A model generated the notes under the pieces. That model was not told the origin of the DNA. It was given only the letters and a program-made list of their open reading frames with translations, and did not search any database. A program made the translations under genes and the position numbers. A DNA stretch of 63,996 bases, filler included, from Hyphochytrium catenoides (taxonomy: Eukaryota; Protista; Hyphochytriomycota): assembly GCA_900088475.1 (NCBI GenBank). It is 9 parts of 9 records of this genome, joined end to end, with 100 filler letters (N's around TTAATTAATTAA, not from the genome) between each part and the next. Parts side by side here need not be neighbours in the genome. Positions count along the whole stretch, not along the records: positions 3,563 to 29,898 come from FLMG01004265.1; 8 more parts are not named here. The stretch is one strand, 5' to 3'. Below are positions 13,701 to 27,100 of this stretch, piece by piece (position 1 is the first letter of the stretch; each line of letters begins with the position of its first letter).

Positions 13701-16700
13701 GAAGTTGCCTCCCCCGCTCATTGCTCGTCTTGTGCTGCTGCGGGAGATAAAGTCCTCGTAAAGAAAGCGTTGCCGCTTGGAGAGCTTGCAGCGGATAATA
13801 TGCTCGTACTTGGCCTACCGAGGAAAGCGCTAATAAGATTATGAAGAGCAATGAGGCAAAGCGTTCATACCGGAAGCTGCTTCTCAACATCCTTTTTCAG
13901 TCTTCGCAGTAGAAACGGCCGGATAACACCATGCAAACGGCTAACCAACCCCTCGTCCACCGCGGCCTCGCCCTCTACCATGGAGGAGAGAGGATTGCTA
14001 AACCAGTAGCCAAACTCTTTGCGTGACCTAAAGGACAAAGATTAGAATAAGTCCGGTACTCTCCACTACCAGGTTGAAAGAACTTTCATAAAAGCAAGTG
14101 ATAGTCAAAGGGAAATGGGCCAGCGGTAAGACTGAAGGGTACAGTTGGAACTTGCTGGGGAACACTAACTCCTGCGAGCCACTAGCTCCTTGCACGGCGA
14201 TGCTTCGCCCTGAAAGTTACCTGAAGACATGAGGCATAAGGAAGTGCATCAAACTCCATAGCTCCATCAGGTCATTTTGAAGAGGAGTTCCAGTCAACAA
14301 CAGTCGACGCTGGCTGTTAAAACTCAAAAGAACCTGCCAGCGTTGGCTCTTGAAGTTCTTGATATTGTGAGCCTCATCAAGGATGAGGAAGTACCTATCA
14401 AGTTGAGGATAGAGGCATTGGTTATTCGAGAGACGGAGCTGGAAGAGGAAACCAACTGATGTGCGTTGGCTTTCTAAAGCAGGACTTGTGGTGATATCAA
14501 TTGAAAGACGAGCAGCATAGGAGACAACTACGGCTGGCAATAACTACGCTTTAGGAGTGCGGAATGGACAACGTTGGCGGCATTACCATTTCTTTCTCTT
14601 CAGCGCCTGTGAATCTTGGACAACGAGCTGGTAGGACGTGATGCAGATATGAAAGGCGTTGGGCTTTGTCCAACCCTGACGTAGCTCCTTCCGACGCTTA
14701 GCTGAACCATAATAGGTCAAGACCTATGCACATTTCAAGCAGGAAGGAAAGGAAGAGAGACATATTAAGTGCTTCAGCCCAGAGTCAGGCTTTATCTCTT
14801 ATCGCCAACAGATGGTGTTGCCTCAACATAATTCATATGAACATTTCTGCCTCGACCTCAATGGACTCTCTTACATTCACTTTGAAGACAATAAACTCTA
14901 GGCCTAAGCACCCTCCCCTCGCCCATCTACCATCACAAGTATCATACCTTAAAACCAGGACACCATCTCTTAAACTCCATCTCCCAGTTGACTAGGCAAG
15001 ACGTCGGGACGACAATAAGATGCGGTCCCCAGATGCCCCTTGAGCCAGCCAAATGAGCGAGCAAGGAAATGGTCTGAATCGTCTTGCCAAGGCCCATCTA
15101 AGGAAGAGAAATCGATAAGGAACAACTAAGAACAACAGGAGGCGAGTTGAAAAGGAGAGTTTCACGGAAAGAGGAAAGATAGACCCATTCAAGCATTAAC
15201 AAAGATAGATGTACAGTCAAGCTCGAACCGAAGCTACGGCGCCGCCTCACTCGTCAGTAAAGGAGTAACAGTTTCACATACGAAAGCCCAAATGAATCCG
15301 CCCTCACCTCGTCGGCTAAGATTCCGTTCAGTCTGCGCTCGTACATAGATACTAGCCAGTTCAGTCCAATTGCCTGATACTCTCTGAGCTTCAGGCGCTG
15401 AACTAGGAGGAATGGTCGAGGGACTATCCGAGCAGCCCTTGCGTCTCGGTCATAGGCATCGAGAGCACTGCTGTTCTTCTCCGTTTCCTCCTCCTCGCCT
15501 TGTGCAGGTGAGGCGGTGGATCTCTCCGTAGCACCTCTGTCCTTCCTTTCGGTACCTGTCAGCGAGGAAGTGTGTTCGCTGTCATCCCCACTAGTCTCTG
15601 CCTCATCTCCTTCCTCCAAATACTTTGCGTATCTGGCTCTCAACTCATCTAATGGTTCTTCCGCCGCTCGACTCAGATCTTCTATTTCTTGACTCACTTC
15701 CTCTTGTCCCATAGCTTTCTCTGCTGCGGCGATTGTGGTTTCATCATCTGCTCCGTCGCTTTCCGGCGCAAAGTCACTCTCCTCCCCAAGTTGTTCGTCC
15801 TCTTGCTTAATCCCAACGTCTTGCTTGTACTTCTGAGTGCCAGAAGAAGCGCTTTCCTCGCTCTCTGTCCCACTTTCATCTCCTTCTCTTTCATCCTCTA
15901 AGCTGCTGGACTCTGCCTCCATCATCTTTGCATACTGTGCCCTTAGCACTTCCACTGGAACTTCGCTGTCTTGTTGAAGGGCCGCTATCTCCTCCTGGAC
16001 ATTTTGCAGGCTTGTTTCTCTCTCAGCTTGCGCTATGGTCGCTTCATCGTCTGATGATTCAGCCATGGGGACGAACTCGTTGTCATCCTCTACTGCTTCG
16101 AGCTCTTTCCCTTCGCCGCATTGAGCGCCATTCCCACTGTCCACTTCGGCTCCACTCGTTTTCGTTTGAGGGTCCAGACCAAGAAGGCCTTTGACCTGAG
16201 TTCCATCATGGGCACCATTTTCCGTCCCTCCGACCGTTACCTCCTCATCACTACCTTCCCCAGTCTCTTCCTCTTCTTCCGCTCCCTCTTCCTCCATCAT
16301 CTGTGCATACTGTGCCCTGAGCACCTCTATTGAGACCTCACTATCCTGTCGTAAAGCAGCTATCTCCTCCTCTGTGTCCTTTGTAGTTGTTTCCCGCTCC
16401 GCTCGTTCGATTGTCTCCTCGTCGTCTGATGACTCTACTACTGGGACAAACTCCTTATCTCCCTCATCGCCCGATATGCCAGCATAATCATTTTCGTCTT
16501 CCTGATCTTGCAAGCGGACCTCGTCCCCCATGTTCTCCGTTCCTAGTCCTTTGGTTTCCTTACACTCCTCTTGAGCCTGCATTTCTCCTTTCTCTCCAGC
16601 TTCTTGACCACTCTCCTCCTTTTCGCTGCTTAGCCCTTCCAGCATCTCCTTATATTTGGCTCGCAGCTCCTCTATCGGCACCTCAACATCGTCCTTTAGG

Positions 16701-18101
16701 CCTGCTATTTCCTCTTCAGCCTCGTCTTTCCGCTGCTCTTTTTCAGCCTCTGCCAAAGTTGTCTCGTCATCCTGTTCCTCTTCTGGCACATAATCTTCCG
16801 GATCGTCCTCTTCCCCCTCTTCTGAATCCATTTCCTCTTCTTCTTCGCCTTCGGAGACCGGAGAGTCCGTAGTATCCCTTAAGAGATCAGTGGACTCATG
16901 ACTGCGACACTCTCCTCCTTCTAACGTTGACGCCAGAGCAACAGAGTACTTCTCTGTCTGGCCCACCAAGAATCGCAGGTGCTGATCCATAGATCTCTTC
17001 CTTTTCTCATCATAGATAAGCTTTTGCTTATAAGCGACAATCTTGTCAATTTTTGCCCAAAACTTTTTTATGTCTCTTCCGATCCTGGCGGCCGTTCTCT
17101 TTCTATCTGCTTCCCTTTGCTGACAAGACAATGAGAAGGGTCAGACTATGGCAACATGCGAGTGACGGGTGCGTTTAAGGAGAGGTGAACGGAGATGCGA
17201 CTATCCGTTGAGCTAGGCGAAGGATAGACACGGACCCAATCCGGAGACGTAAAGACAGACGATAAAGTCAGCATGGAAAGAAGGAGGAAACGTGAGAGGA
17301 CGAGAAGCAGTGGAGGGAGAGCGGCTAGAATAAAACAGGAGAGAGCGGAGAGCCAAACGGGTCCTATAAATGACTAACCTTTGCCTTGCGACTGTCAATG
17401 TTTGCCTTGTTCTTATGGTACTGCTTCACCGCCTTCGCCACCTTCCTCGCCATTGTCTGCTTCCATCGTCTCTCCTCAGCAAAGTCGTTGGACATCCACA
17501 TCTAGATAATGGTCAATATTAGGGGTCTAAACACGACTTCCGACGTCTCAGTCCACGGCAGGGCTACCAAAAGGACTGTTCTGCTTGTTCAAAGTGCTCC
17601 CTCCACCACCAGAATGCTATCTCAAGCGAGACCACCGTCAGCTTAGCGCTTGACTCTTGTCTCGGTCTCTTTCCTCCATCATTCTATTCTGTTGTCCCCT
17701 CTAGCATGCTACCGCCTTTGTGATCTTAGCTTTGGAGTGTATGATCATCAGCTTACCATTTCCATGAGAACATAGTCATAGTGAGACTTCCCTTTCTCGG
17801 GCGGATCCTCGGCCTTAGCGATAGGTTTGCCCCCAGTTAGCGCTTGCAGCCGCTCCTCTACCGCTTGTTTCCTAGGAAGTATCTCCTCCACAGTCGTCAG
17901 CTTCTCACATGCGACTGCCTCGCTCCCCTCGGGACCTTCTAACGCTTCTTCTTGGAATACCGGCGGCTTTACGTTCTGCAAAGGCTCAGCGAAGGCAAAT
18001 CGGCCTATCTCAATGGGTTCCAAATGGCCCCGTCCGCCCTTGGTGGTTCCAAGGAGCGGCGGCGCTTTCCCATTATGACTCGAGATCTCGGCGTCACCCA
18101 T
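7762..18101 (-). CDS. SWR1: SWR1/PIE1/SRCAP-type SNF2 chromatin remodeler with C-terminal WW, F-box and right-handed beta-helix domains
   Basis: HSA region ([25 protein letters not shown]), [119 protein letters not shown]. An in-frame exon chain continues through WW (9471-9659), F-box (about 9300-9510) and beta-helix (about 8200-9150) to TAG at 7762. The start codon is uncertain. Confidence 0.92.
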
Positions 18102-19160
18102 CCTTTACTGGAGAACAGCTCAAGTCAGGCCTTGCTAATGACGTTCTTCATCTGTAGGGGAACTGGCTGCTTCAACTTCCGCAGTCGCCAGCTCATCGGA
18201 CGGCGTTATCACGGTTGGGATTGCCTTCTCTTGTCCTCAGCAAGTTGTGTCCCTCGCATGCTGCATCCTTCTGCTTGGGCTTGGCCATAAACAAGAACAC
18301 TTTTGCTTCCATACAAGGAAGCACACCTTTCACTGCCGCCGGACAGCCGTGCTCACAACAAGTCGCAGTGGGGCCCTAGATAACGTAGAGCCCCGTATCG
18401 CCCTCTCCATCTCCGACTGGCCACAGCTCTAACGAGTCCCTAGGAAGCACTTCAGATTTCTGAGGATGTCATTGATCATGGAGCTTGATCATCAGGTCTG
18501 GTTCTCAAGCTGAGCTTCATATTATTTCTAGCTTCCGCCTCGATCTGCACCATCAGCCTTGCCCATCAGCACGAAGCTTTACTTCCATCTTCTTTCTCAC
18601 TGCTCGAGAAAGATAATCAATTCTCGGTTTTCAACAGTTACTTTCCAGAAACCATGGATCTTTGCGCCTTGATAAATAGCTTTCAAGCATAATGAAGGTT
18701 TCAGAAGAAACCTTATGTGCTAGACACTATAGAGTAGGTGAAAGGTATCGAAGGTCCGAAGTAATGGAAATGTTTCCTTGGGAGGTCATGATGTAGTGAA
18801 AGATCTCAAGAGTTCCGTTCTGTCTTCAGAATCGCATCCGTTCTCACAGAAGAGTTCGAGCTTCAGGAAGATGATGCTGGGAAGTAGGGCGGACGATGGA
18901 TGTCAATACCCTGGAAGCCTGGACAATCAGGCGCGATAGAAGAGCTCTACTGCAGTTAGCAGTCCCGCCTTGCGGCTAACTCAATGGCCTGATTAGATGC
19001 TAAGGACAATACAGCGTCGAGGTAGTCCAGCGCTAATCGTCTCACCATGGCTCTACATGGCTCGTCGCTGATATTTGGGGCGAGCTATGGTCTGCTCATA
19101 CCGGGGACCCTGTACTTTGCATGTAGGCTCTAGTGGTCAACTAATGGTACTTTCCAATCA

Positions 19161-22081
19161 TTGACTGGACCGAGCTTCTTCCCCTTTCCTTGCATTGACT
19201 CCGACAGATTGCACAATGAAGGGGGCAGAGTCACGAAGTGGGGCCTGCCAGATCTGTTGTCGTTGGTTGCCCGAGGGCACTCAGCTTGCCTGCCTCTTAA
19301 GCTGTCTTTCTTTACTAGTCATATGCGTCGTTCCTGCCATCTCATTCCTAAGACTGCCCGCATCCTCGCAAGGGCTCTCCAGAGAGTGGGAATCGCTTCT
19401 GTAAGCAGAACCTGACGCTCGCTTCCGCGTTTACCATCTTACCCCCCTCATTTGAAGCCATCAGCAAACCCGCAACAGCCATCTTATGGCCTGCCTGTTC
19501 TCGGCACAAGCCCTAGCCCTTTGGGTGGGTTCTATGTCGTACCGCGCCTTGGCGATCCGTAACCTCTAAGACTTGGTCTCCTGTAGCTCGACAGCTTGTG
19601 GCAGTTTGCCCTAATTGTGACGCTCATGGGAATCTTCGTTGATACTTTAGTTCCAGCCGCCCTTTGCAGCGCGGGTATCAGCATCTGTCGGATGATGATG
19701 GCCGGAGAACTTGGAACGTGGGTTGATCATGAAGATCATGTCAGAACCATAACCGCAAGTAAGGGCCAGATCAATACGAATGCAGGGCAAAAGAAGAGGA
19801 GAGAGTAAAGATGAAGGTGAAACAAAGGTAACTTGACGCAAGACGGTCAGGTACTAAGCATGTGCTTGAAGGCACTATAGGGAGTGGTGTGAGTCTTCTG
19901 TCCAGCTGTCTCATGCTAGGATTCCTGGCAACGTCTCCTGAGGTGACCGGTAAAAGACGCCCGGAACTGTCATGGCGTGTTCTGGCCCTGTATTCGGCAT
20001 TGCTGGCGGCCTCAATCATCGGTAGCCCTCTTAACTCCACACTTAACATCTTTTATCTTCTACTAGAGCCCACTCGATGACCTTGACCCATTCTTCCAGT
20101 CATGGCCTCCTCTACTGCTTTTGCAGCGCCGTTTCGGCTTCACTGTCACTCCAATGGCGTTCTCCTAAAGTGGAGTTGACACAATGGCGAGTTCTATACA
20201 GGAAGAATTTTATTGTCCGGCTAATCCGTCATGCTTCCTTCCTCCTTAGGGCAGATTATGAAGCAAGCTCAGAGCCTAGCTTTAGAGCGTAGCATCCTAA
20301 TCCCAATGGCGTCAAACCACTTCCGTAGTCTCACCAGCCTGAAGAGGAGGCTAGAGTGTCTAGAAATTGCCTTCCTGGTAATCACTAGTTAAAGGGGTAT
20401 GCCCCGGTCGGAGTCACTCGTCTTCGATATCTCCCCACCAACTCCTCTACATGTCCCTCCTACCAGCAACTATAGTCCTCGATACTGTCAGTGATCTACT
20501 AAGTGCTCGCTCATTTATCCACAACGTCCAGATTCTCGGACCCATAACTGTGGCGGCCGCTCTCAGTATGGGCAATAACCTTACCGGGGTTGCTCCGGTC
20601 CTGGTTGGCAGCTGGCTTATCGGTAGGTTTTTCCCAAAGAGCCATGTACTGCCAATTGACACTCGATCAGCTGACTCGCAATTCTAGGTGCGACAAGCGT
20701 ACTTTCCTTGCCGCTACAGGTTGCGCTTCTATTAGAGGCCATTCACTTCCTACCCCAACTAGGTAGTCCGTTCCGCCTACCCCCTGCTTTTCTGCCCATA
20801 TAGCTGTTTTAAGACCTAGAATCCACGGCGTGCGATTGGTGATCTCTGCTCACCCTTGCCGTGATTGAAACCTTGAGCTCTGCTTTAGATCTCGTTGCGC
20901 AATCCACGTTTCTGAGCAGTAATTGCCCATCCTGTAGAGCGCCGAGACCGAATTTCGCAGCGCCAGCTGAGCACCATTGAGCGTCTGTGGGAGAACGGAG
21001 TTCAGTTTTATGAGCATCCGCTATTCCTAGCCAGCTTCGCCTACTGTCTCTTGCATGCAAATGTGTTAGAGTTCGGAGCGCTGAGTACGTCTTACCTCGT
21101 TTGGCGACAGGTGAGAATAAGTAGAATCTGCGTCAGGCAACCAGGTAGACCGTACTCTTCTCCTCTTATAACTATAAAAAGGCGTGTGCAGAACCTGAGA
21201 TCCCTCAAGCTCTACCTGAAGTCTAAGAAAAGTCTAGATATGTCAGGAAATGGCGTGGTGGGGAGAGAAGACATTAAGCACGTCTTCTTATGAGCCTCTA
21301 CTTCCTTTGCTTAGATACCTGTCATGGATATTAGCCTAGCCCAAGGGGCCGGTGCATTTCTTTGCGGGCTACCATTAGCCTTCTCCCATCAACTAGGAAA
21401 AGCTTTTGGCTCTGTGGAGAATTTGGCTCTTGTTGCAGGCTGGGCGTTCTTTCTGTCGCTGCTACCCATTGCAGTGTCACATCGCCTTGGTATGTAGTCC
21501 GAGCTGAGGTGGTATCGAGGGGTCCTCACAACAGCTTGGCTAACTATTTTTCCAAACACACTATAGGCAAAGGAGATATGGTGTTACTTTCCTGTCTTGC
21601 TCTCTCTCGCTTCGCATTCGGATGCGCGACGCTTAGTGAGCAGAAGCTCTTGCAGACATGGGTCCCGGTAGAAATAAGGGGCACTCTCTTAGAAGTGCAG
21701 GTCAGCTTTTGCGAAATGCCCGTCCGTCTTCCAAGAAAATGGCACTTCTTAACTCTAAATCTCTCTCTTGTCTCCTTTTCTGAATCTGCCACCATGCAAC
21801 TCCACGCACCAAAGGGTGCGATATCGCAGTCAATGAGTTTGATGGTGCAAATATTGGGCATAGCCGTCAGCAACCCGCGGGACTTTTCATACCTAGTCAC
21901 CGTCAGTCTTCTCGCGCTCTTTGTATCAGCCATAATTCTTCTCTTTTGGAGAATTGCTAAGCGTCCCCCGCGTGTTATACATGACCCCGAGGTCTCCCAA
22001 GGCGCGTCCAGCACTAAGAGTAGCCCAGCCTTTTTGGCTACCGCAAACAGGACGATTAGTTTGGAACAGATTACCATTTGA
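19161..22081 (+). CDS. Ferroportin (SLC40/IREG)-like MFS transporter, divergent; 5' end uncertain
   Basis: LDSLWQFALIVTL...GELGTWVD (TM1-2, cf. GDRMWHFA...IGDWVD), NVLEFGALSTSYL, ALSRFAFGCATLSEQKLLQTWVPVEIRGTLLEVQ (cf. [23 protein letters not shown]..NGVQ), SNPRDFSYLVTVS (cf. APNPEAFGLLVLIS). Stop TGA at 22079-22081. Confidence 0.75.
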
Positions 22082-22523
22082 TGTGATCCCACTAAGTTCT
22101 TTTTTACAAGGTCAGTTTACTATGACAACCGGATGGGCTTGCCTGCCAGAGGGTTTCCATTCCCGGCACTTTTCTTTTATAAGAAATCAATTCTCTCTCT
22201 CCCCATCAGCATGTTCTACTTCCTTTTCCTTTCTTTCTCATGTTCTCTTTCTCCTTCTCTCCACTTGACACCAAGACACGACATCTATTTGAACACCGTC
22301 GTCTCCCTCTGCTTCTCTGTCTGTGGGGGCGCAAGCTACATATCTCCTGAAATGACAGGGAAGATAAATAAGGACATTCAACCCTATGCTAGAGTACACG
22401 GTGGGTGGTTGGACGGACTTCCTCTCTCTCTCCCCCTCTCTCTGCTCCGCCTCGCATATGCTGCATAACTCCTTACAGCGCTGTACTGGCAATAGTCCTC
22501 CCATTCTTTTAGATCTGCCTTGC

Positions 22524-23628
22524 TCACGACTCATGGCTCTCTGACTGCTCCTGTTCCTGCTCTTCTTGATGACCCTCCGTTGCAGCCCGGTGGTAGTGAT
22601 TTGGCCCTCCTTCTCCTCTCTCTCTCGTCCCACCCCGGTGGTCTCTTTCCCCTCCTCGCTCATGGCGCTCCTTCTTCAGCTGAACCTTAAGCCTCTTTCG
22701 TCCCACCTATGGGGCCAAGAAATAGACCGTCAGCATCACAAAAGAAACTCCGCGCAAGATAGAACAGGCTGATGGGTACCTGGAACCCGTTCATCCCCTT
22801 GATTGCATTCTCTGCAGATACGGCATTGTCGTAGCTAACAAAACCTGTAGATGTGTCATCAACGTAGAGGCGTACGAGAGTCAGCTCCTTAAGCTCTTTG
22901 CCCTATGATGTTAGCCCACGGACTTACCGAAGCCTCGACTTCTCCCGCTCTCCTTTTCGACCATAATTCTGGCACTGACAACATTGCCATAAGTGGCGAA
23001 GTAGTTGAACAGGTCCTGATTCGTCATGTCGTTTGGAATATGGAAGACAAAGAGATTGCATCCGGGAGGACCCTGCCCATCCTCTGTTGTTTGAATTGGA
23101 GGGCCAGGTCCAACTATGGGCGCGTAGCCTTACGAGCAACAAACAGTCAAAACCAGCAACTGATGCGCGGGCTCAAAGTACTACAAGTCCTACCATAGCT
23201 GCCATATGGAACAGAGTAGGGGATCATATAACCGCCAGGAAAAGGAGGATAGACTGGCTGTCCGAAGTACCCCGGGTAAGCCATGGAAGGAAATTGATAG
23301 TTTGGAACCGCGGGCAATCCTGGACCTGTCGTAGGAGCAGGGGGCCCTTGGACTGGGGAAGAGGCAGTCGCTTGGCTACCCTCCTTAGGCCTGGGAGTGA
23401 GAGATTAACAATCAGACGAGAGAGGAAGGACGTCGCAGGCGAAAAGAACTACCTTTCCCAACTTGAGTCACTAGTTGGTTGGCTGTAGTAGTACATTCTC
23501 CTATCTGCTGGAGGATGCTGACCCCAGGTCGAACTCCCGCTCTCTCCACCCCCGGGTGAACCCTGGTGGTTTGACTGATTCCGAGGTGACGCTGTCTCTT
23601 TCATGGCCTTCCCTGGCTGATCGGCCAT
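22524..23628 (-). CDS. CELF/Bruno-like RNA-binding protein (single RRM3-type domain after a Gly/Pro/Tyr-rich N-terminus)
   Basis: Spliced GPDGCNLFVFHIPNDMTNQDLFNYFATYGNVVSARIMVEKESGRSRGFG/FVSYDNAVSAENAIKGMNGFQ/VGRKRLKVQLKK matches the CELF RRM3 signature. Confidence 0.85.
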
Positions 23629-24142
23629 GACGGCCAATACTATTTCTTCCAGCACTCCTCCGAGCTGCAAATCTGCTGAGAGCGTGAAGCAAGGCATGAC
23701 ACGGTGCAGATGGCACGGTGAACACGAGAAAGAGCGAGCAAAACTCTCATTTCTCTTACCTTCAGACTTGCAGGTAATAGGCGAGTCACAGAGTCCTTGG
23801 AGGTTCCTACTGAGATGGTGACAAGGGACACCTTTACAGGAGAGGCCTCAGAGAACGGTGGTGGAATTTGAGTCTTGCCGATTCCAGAGCTTACTTGGAG
23901 AAAGTCCAGAGGACCTTAGTACACAGACCAGCCTTAGTATTCTATACAGAGCGACTATCTGCCCAAGAGCACCGCGGCAAGTGGTCACCCTGTACTTGTA
24001 AGTAAGGCTCGATCGCCACGCCGACAGTCAATAGCCAGAACTGAAAGATGCTGGACTCTCGTCTACACCTTGAAGCCAATGCTATGTCCTCTATATTAAG
24101 TGCACTTGACGCCTTCTTTCTGCCTTGGTTTCCTATGTCAAA

Positions 24143-24188
24143 GCTGCTAAACAGAGCTTTTCGGCTGCTAAACAGAGCTTCTCGGCTG
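24143..24188. repeat. 21-bp tandem repeat, about 2.2 copies (GCTGCTAAACAGAGCTTYTCG)
   Basis: Read directly: units at 24143-24163 and 24164-24184. Confidence 0.85.
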
Positions 24189-27100
24189 AACATCGTGTTT
24201 TCTCGCCTTTTCCCAGTGTCGGTTTGCCCTTAATATTATGCTCTGTCTTCTTTCTACTGTCTCTGTCTCATTTGAGGTGCCTCTCTGCCTCTGCTACGGC
24301 TGTTTACTGTACTAATCTGTCTCTTACCCGCTGTCTCTATCGTTCGCTCTGTGCCACTCTTTCTTCTCTATGGTTATTTGTTATCTAAAGAAAATCAGGT
24401 GTCAGCCCTCATAGTAGTAATACCCCAGAATGGACCAGTATCACAGTGGAATACATCGAGAATAAGAAGCTTCTGAAGTCCGTAGTAATATTTGCTTGGG
24501 AAGAGGTCCAGGAACCTGGCTGAAAGGGCTGAGATTTCTGAAATCAGCCGCGCCTATCCGCTTTTTGGCATGGACCAGCTTTTAGAAACAACCGCTTTGC
24601 GTGAACTCAGGCCAGAAATGGCCCTTGAAAGGTTACTGTGTAATTGCGTCATTTTTTGAAATTCCTTTGAGCATCTCCCTAGAACATTGTTTGTGTCATC
24701 AATCCTGGCGGACCGTCAGCGGATCAGAGCTCACTTCAAGCCATAGATGGCCGCTAGACTCTGACCCGAAACCGAAATAGCACTAAACCGGAGTTCTTGA
24801 GTCCGTTTTGAATTCAGACTCACTACAAACTATATCGCCCCTTGGCGAGTCAGAGCTCGAAGAGAGATGCAAGGTAAAACAAATTTGTCAGCAGCATGAG
24901 AGACAGAGTTATTACGAGAGACAGATGCAGTATTTAGTGCTAGAGTTAGAGAGAGGCAGGCAAATTTCCTTTGTGGCTCTCCCTTTGACCCTCTGGTGTC
25001 TGTCTGTCCGAGGTTCAAAAGTACGAAAACTGCCTTACAAACATGGACAGTCATTGGTGAGTACCTCCAACCACCCATTGTCTGCGTAGTCCTGCCACAG
25101 CCCATACCCATAATGTGAGGTGGAGGGAATCGGCGGCTGCCCGGGGACGGGCATAATCGTCACTATCAGTGGAGGTAGCGTTTGAAATTGAAAGTGGAGT
25201 CTCTCTCACTTTTCTTCCTCTTCAAGTTGACGCCTGACCAAAGCTTCGCTTTCTTGGTGGTGGTTGATCTACTCCTTGTAGATCTTGTTATGTGTCTCTT
25301 GGTCGTCGAAGAAGAAGCTGCAGTTGTCCTACGAGGAGCAGCCTTATTACCTGCTTGCTGGGTCATCATCAGAAGACGAAGAGCTGGTCCTTGGTTGTCG
25401 AGTGTTCTCATCGTCTCAACCCGGTTTGACTGACGGGCAAGATCCTCTTTCTTTCTTCTTGCTCTTTTGATATGATGGCCATAATGTTGTGTTAGTTGCG
25501 GCTGAAGGGCTCAAGCAGCAGCATCCTATCCGCTCAGGGCAATGTGTTTGAGATTTGAAAGAACTAGCCCTCTTTTCACTCTAAGCTGGTAATCGCCGCC
25601 ACTTTCTACTTTTTCGTGTCATGGCTCCCTTCGTATTGGCTTGTGGGCTGGCCTCGCTCTGAACTTAAGTAACATAGATAACGTACGCACACACTTCCGA
25701 ATCTGTCTTCGTCTCTTCTTATGGCCAATGTTCCCGATTCCCACGCTGCGTTGAGCTGTCCTCCTAATAGATTGTGCAGGCAACCGTCCCTCTCCCACTC
25801 TCTGGCCCTGTTCGAGCCCGCGATTTCTCCCTCCCCCATCTTATCAATCACAGCACCAGTGGTGCTCTGTACGTGCCCTTCCTCCAGGACTGGATAGCGT
25901 GTCTCTGCTGCTCTTTCTCCTGTGGTCTGCCAAGTAAAAACATGAGATCTTTTCCTGCTTGTTCCATTCAATGCAGTCCACCGACCTTACTACTCCCAAC
26001 TTTCTTCGTATCTGCTCGTACCTCGGTGATGGGTGATTATCCCGGGAAAGATGTCGGGGTTGCCACCGCGACAGACAAGTTGCTATACCTAGGGTTGCCC
26101 GCTGCACATGTCCTATCTGCTGTCCCACGTCAGTCGTTTTTTTTTTTACATAACCCTTCCATGGGTTAGAACTCCCGCTGCATCTTGCTCTAGCACTCGC
26201 TCGCTTCTTCGTCTTCAAGTCAGCCTGATTCCATGCCGCATGCAGAAAGGCCTGCCGCTGCATATACCCCTCTCCTCTGGCTCTGTTTCTAACGCCGCTA
26301 TCAACCGACTCGGTTCCTCTATGTTCTTCGGTCCTCGCATTGTCCTTGGTATACTGTCCTCTGTGCCTTCTCGCCTCGTTAGGACTGTGCTCTGCCCCTT
26401 TTTGTTGTCTTAAAGGCGTCGTTCTCAACAGCACATGTCCCGCAAAGAAGAGGTGGCTCATTCTTCTGTTGTCAACTCTCCTTAGGGGCATTACCTAGAT
26501 ATTTGAGATTTGATTATGGTAACGTCGCTGGCCCCGTCTTCCTGGTGTGTCCTGTTTTTTCAATTATAGCACACCAGAACTTGACTTTGTTCCTCTTCCT
26601 CCTTTCCACCATCACATTTGTTATCATCGTGTCAGCAAAGGAGCTTCACTGGTGCCGGTAGTACATACATACAACAATTAGATAAGCCTTCCTTTTCTCT
26701 CCTCTTTTTTCCTGCAGATGCTATTAAATTGTTATTGCTGAAGCTTTGTTGGCGATTCTTCCGTCCGGCCCACCACGACAACGGCTTTAGCAGCCACGTT
26801 TCAGGGCACTAATATTACATGCAAGAAGGGTGAAGGTGGTCTGAAAGGAAGAGCAGTGAAGGAGGAATGACTATTATGATGGGCTTTTTTTCCTCTAACG
26901 AATGAGGGGTCTCCGTCTTCCTTTAGTCTTATCCCATTCCTCCGTTCTTTTAAATTAGTCCACCACGACCTCCGGCGGCGGCCGCCCTAGAGCTCCTAAG
27001 CATGAAGCTGTTATTAGGGTCTCCATTGTTCTCTCTCTTCCATTGCCTTGCTCTGTTGCGGCTTCTCAACCACAATAGCCACACCATCACTATGAGCCCG

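Noticed and set aside
24508-24549. Short palindromes CCAGG-AA-CCTGG and GATTTC-T-GAAATC
   Set aside because: Too short, with no matching partner end or target-site duplication found.
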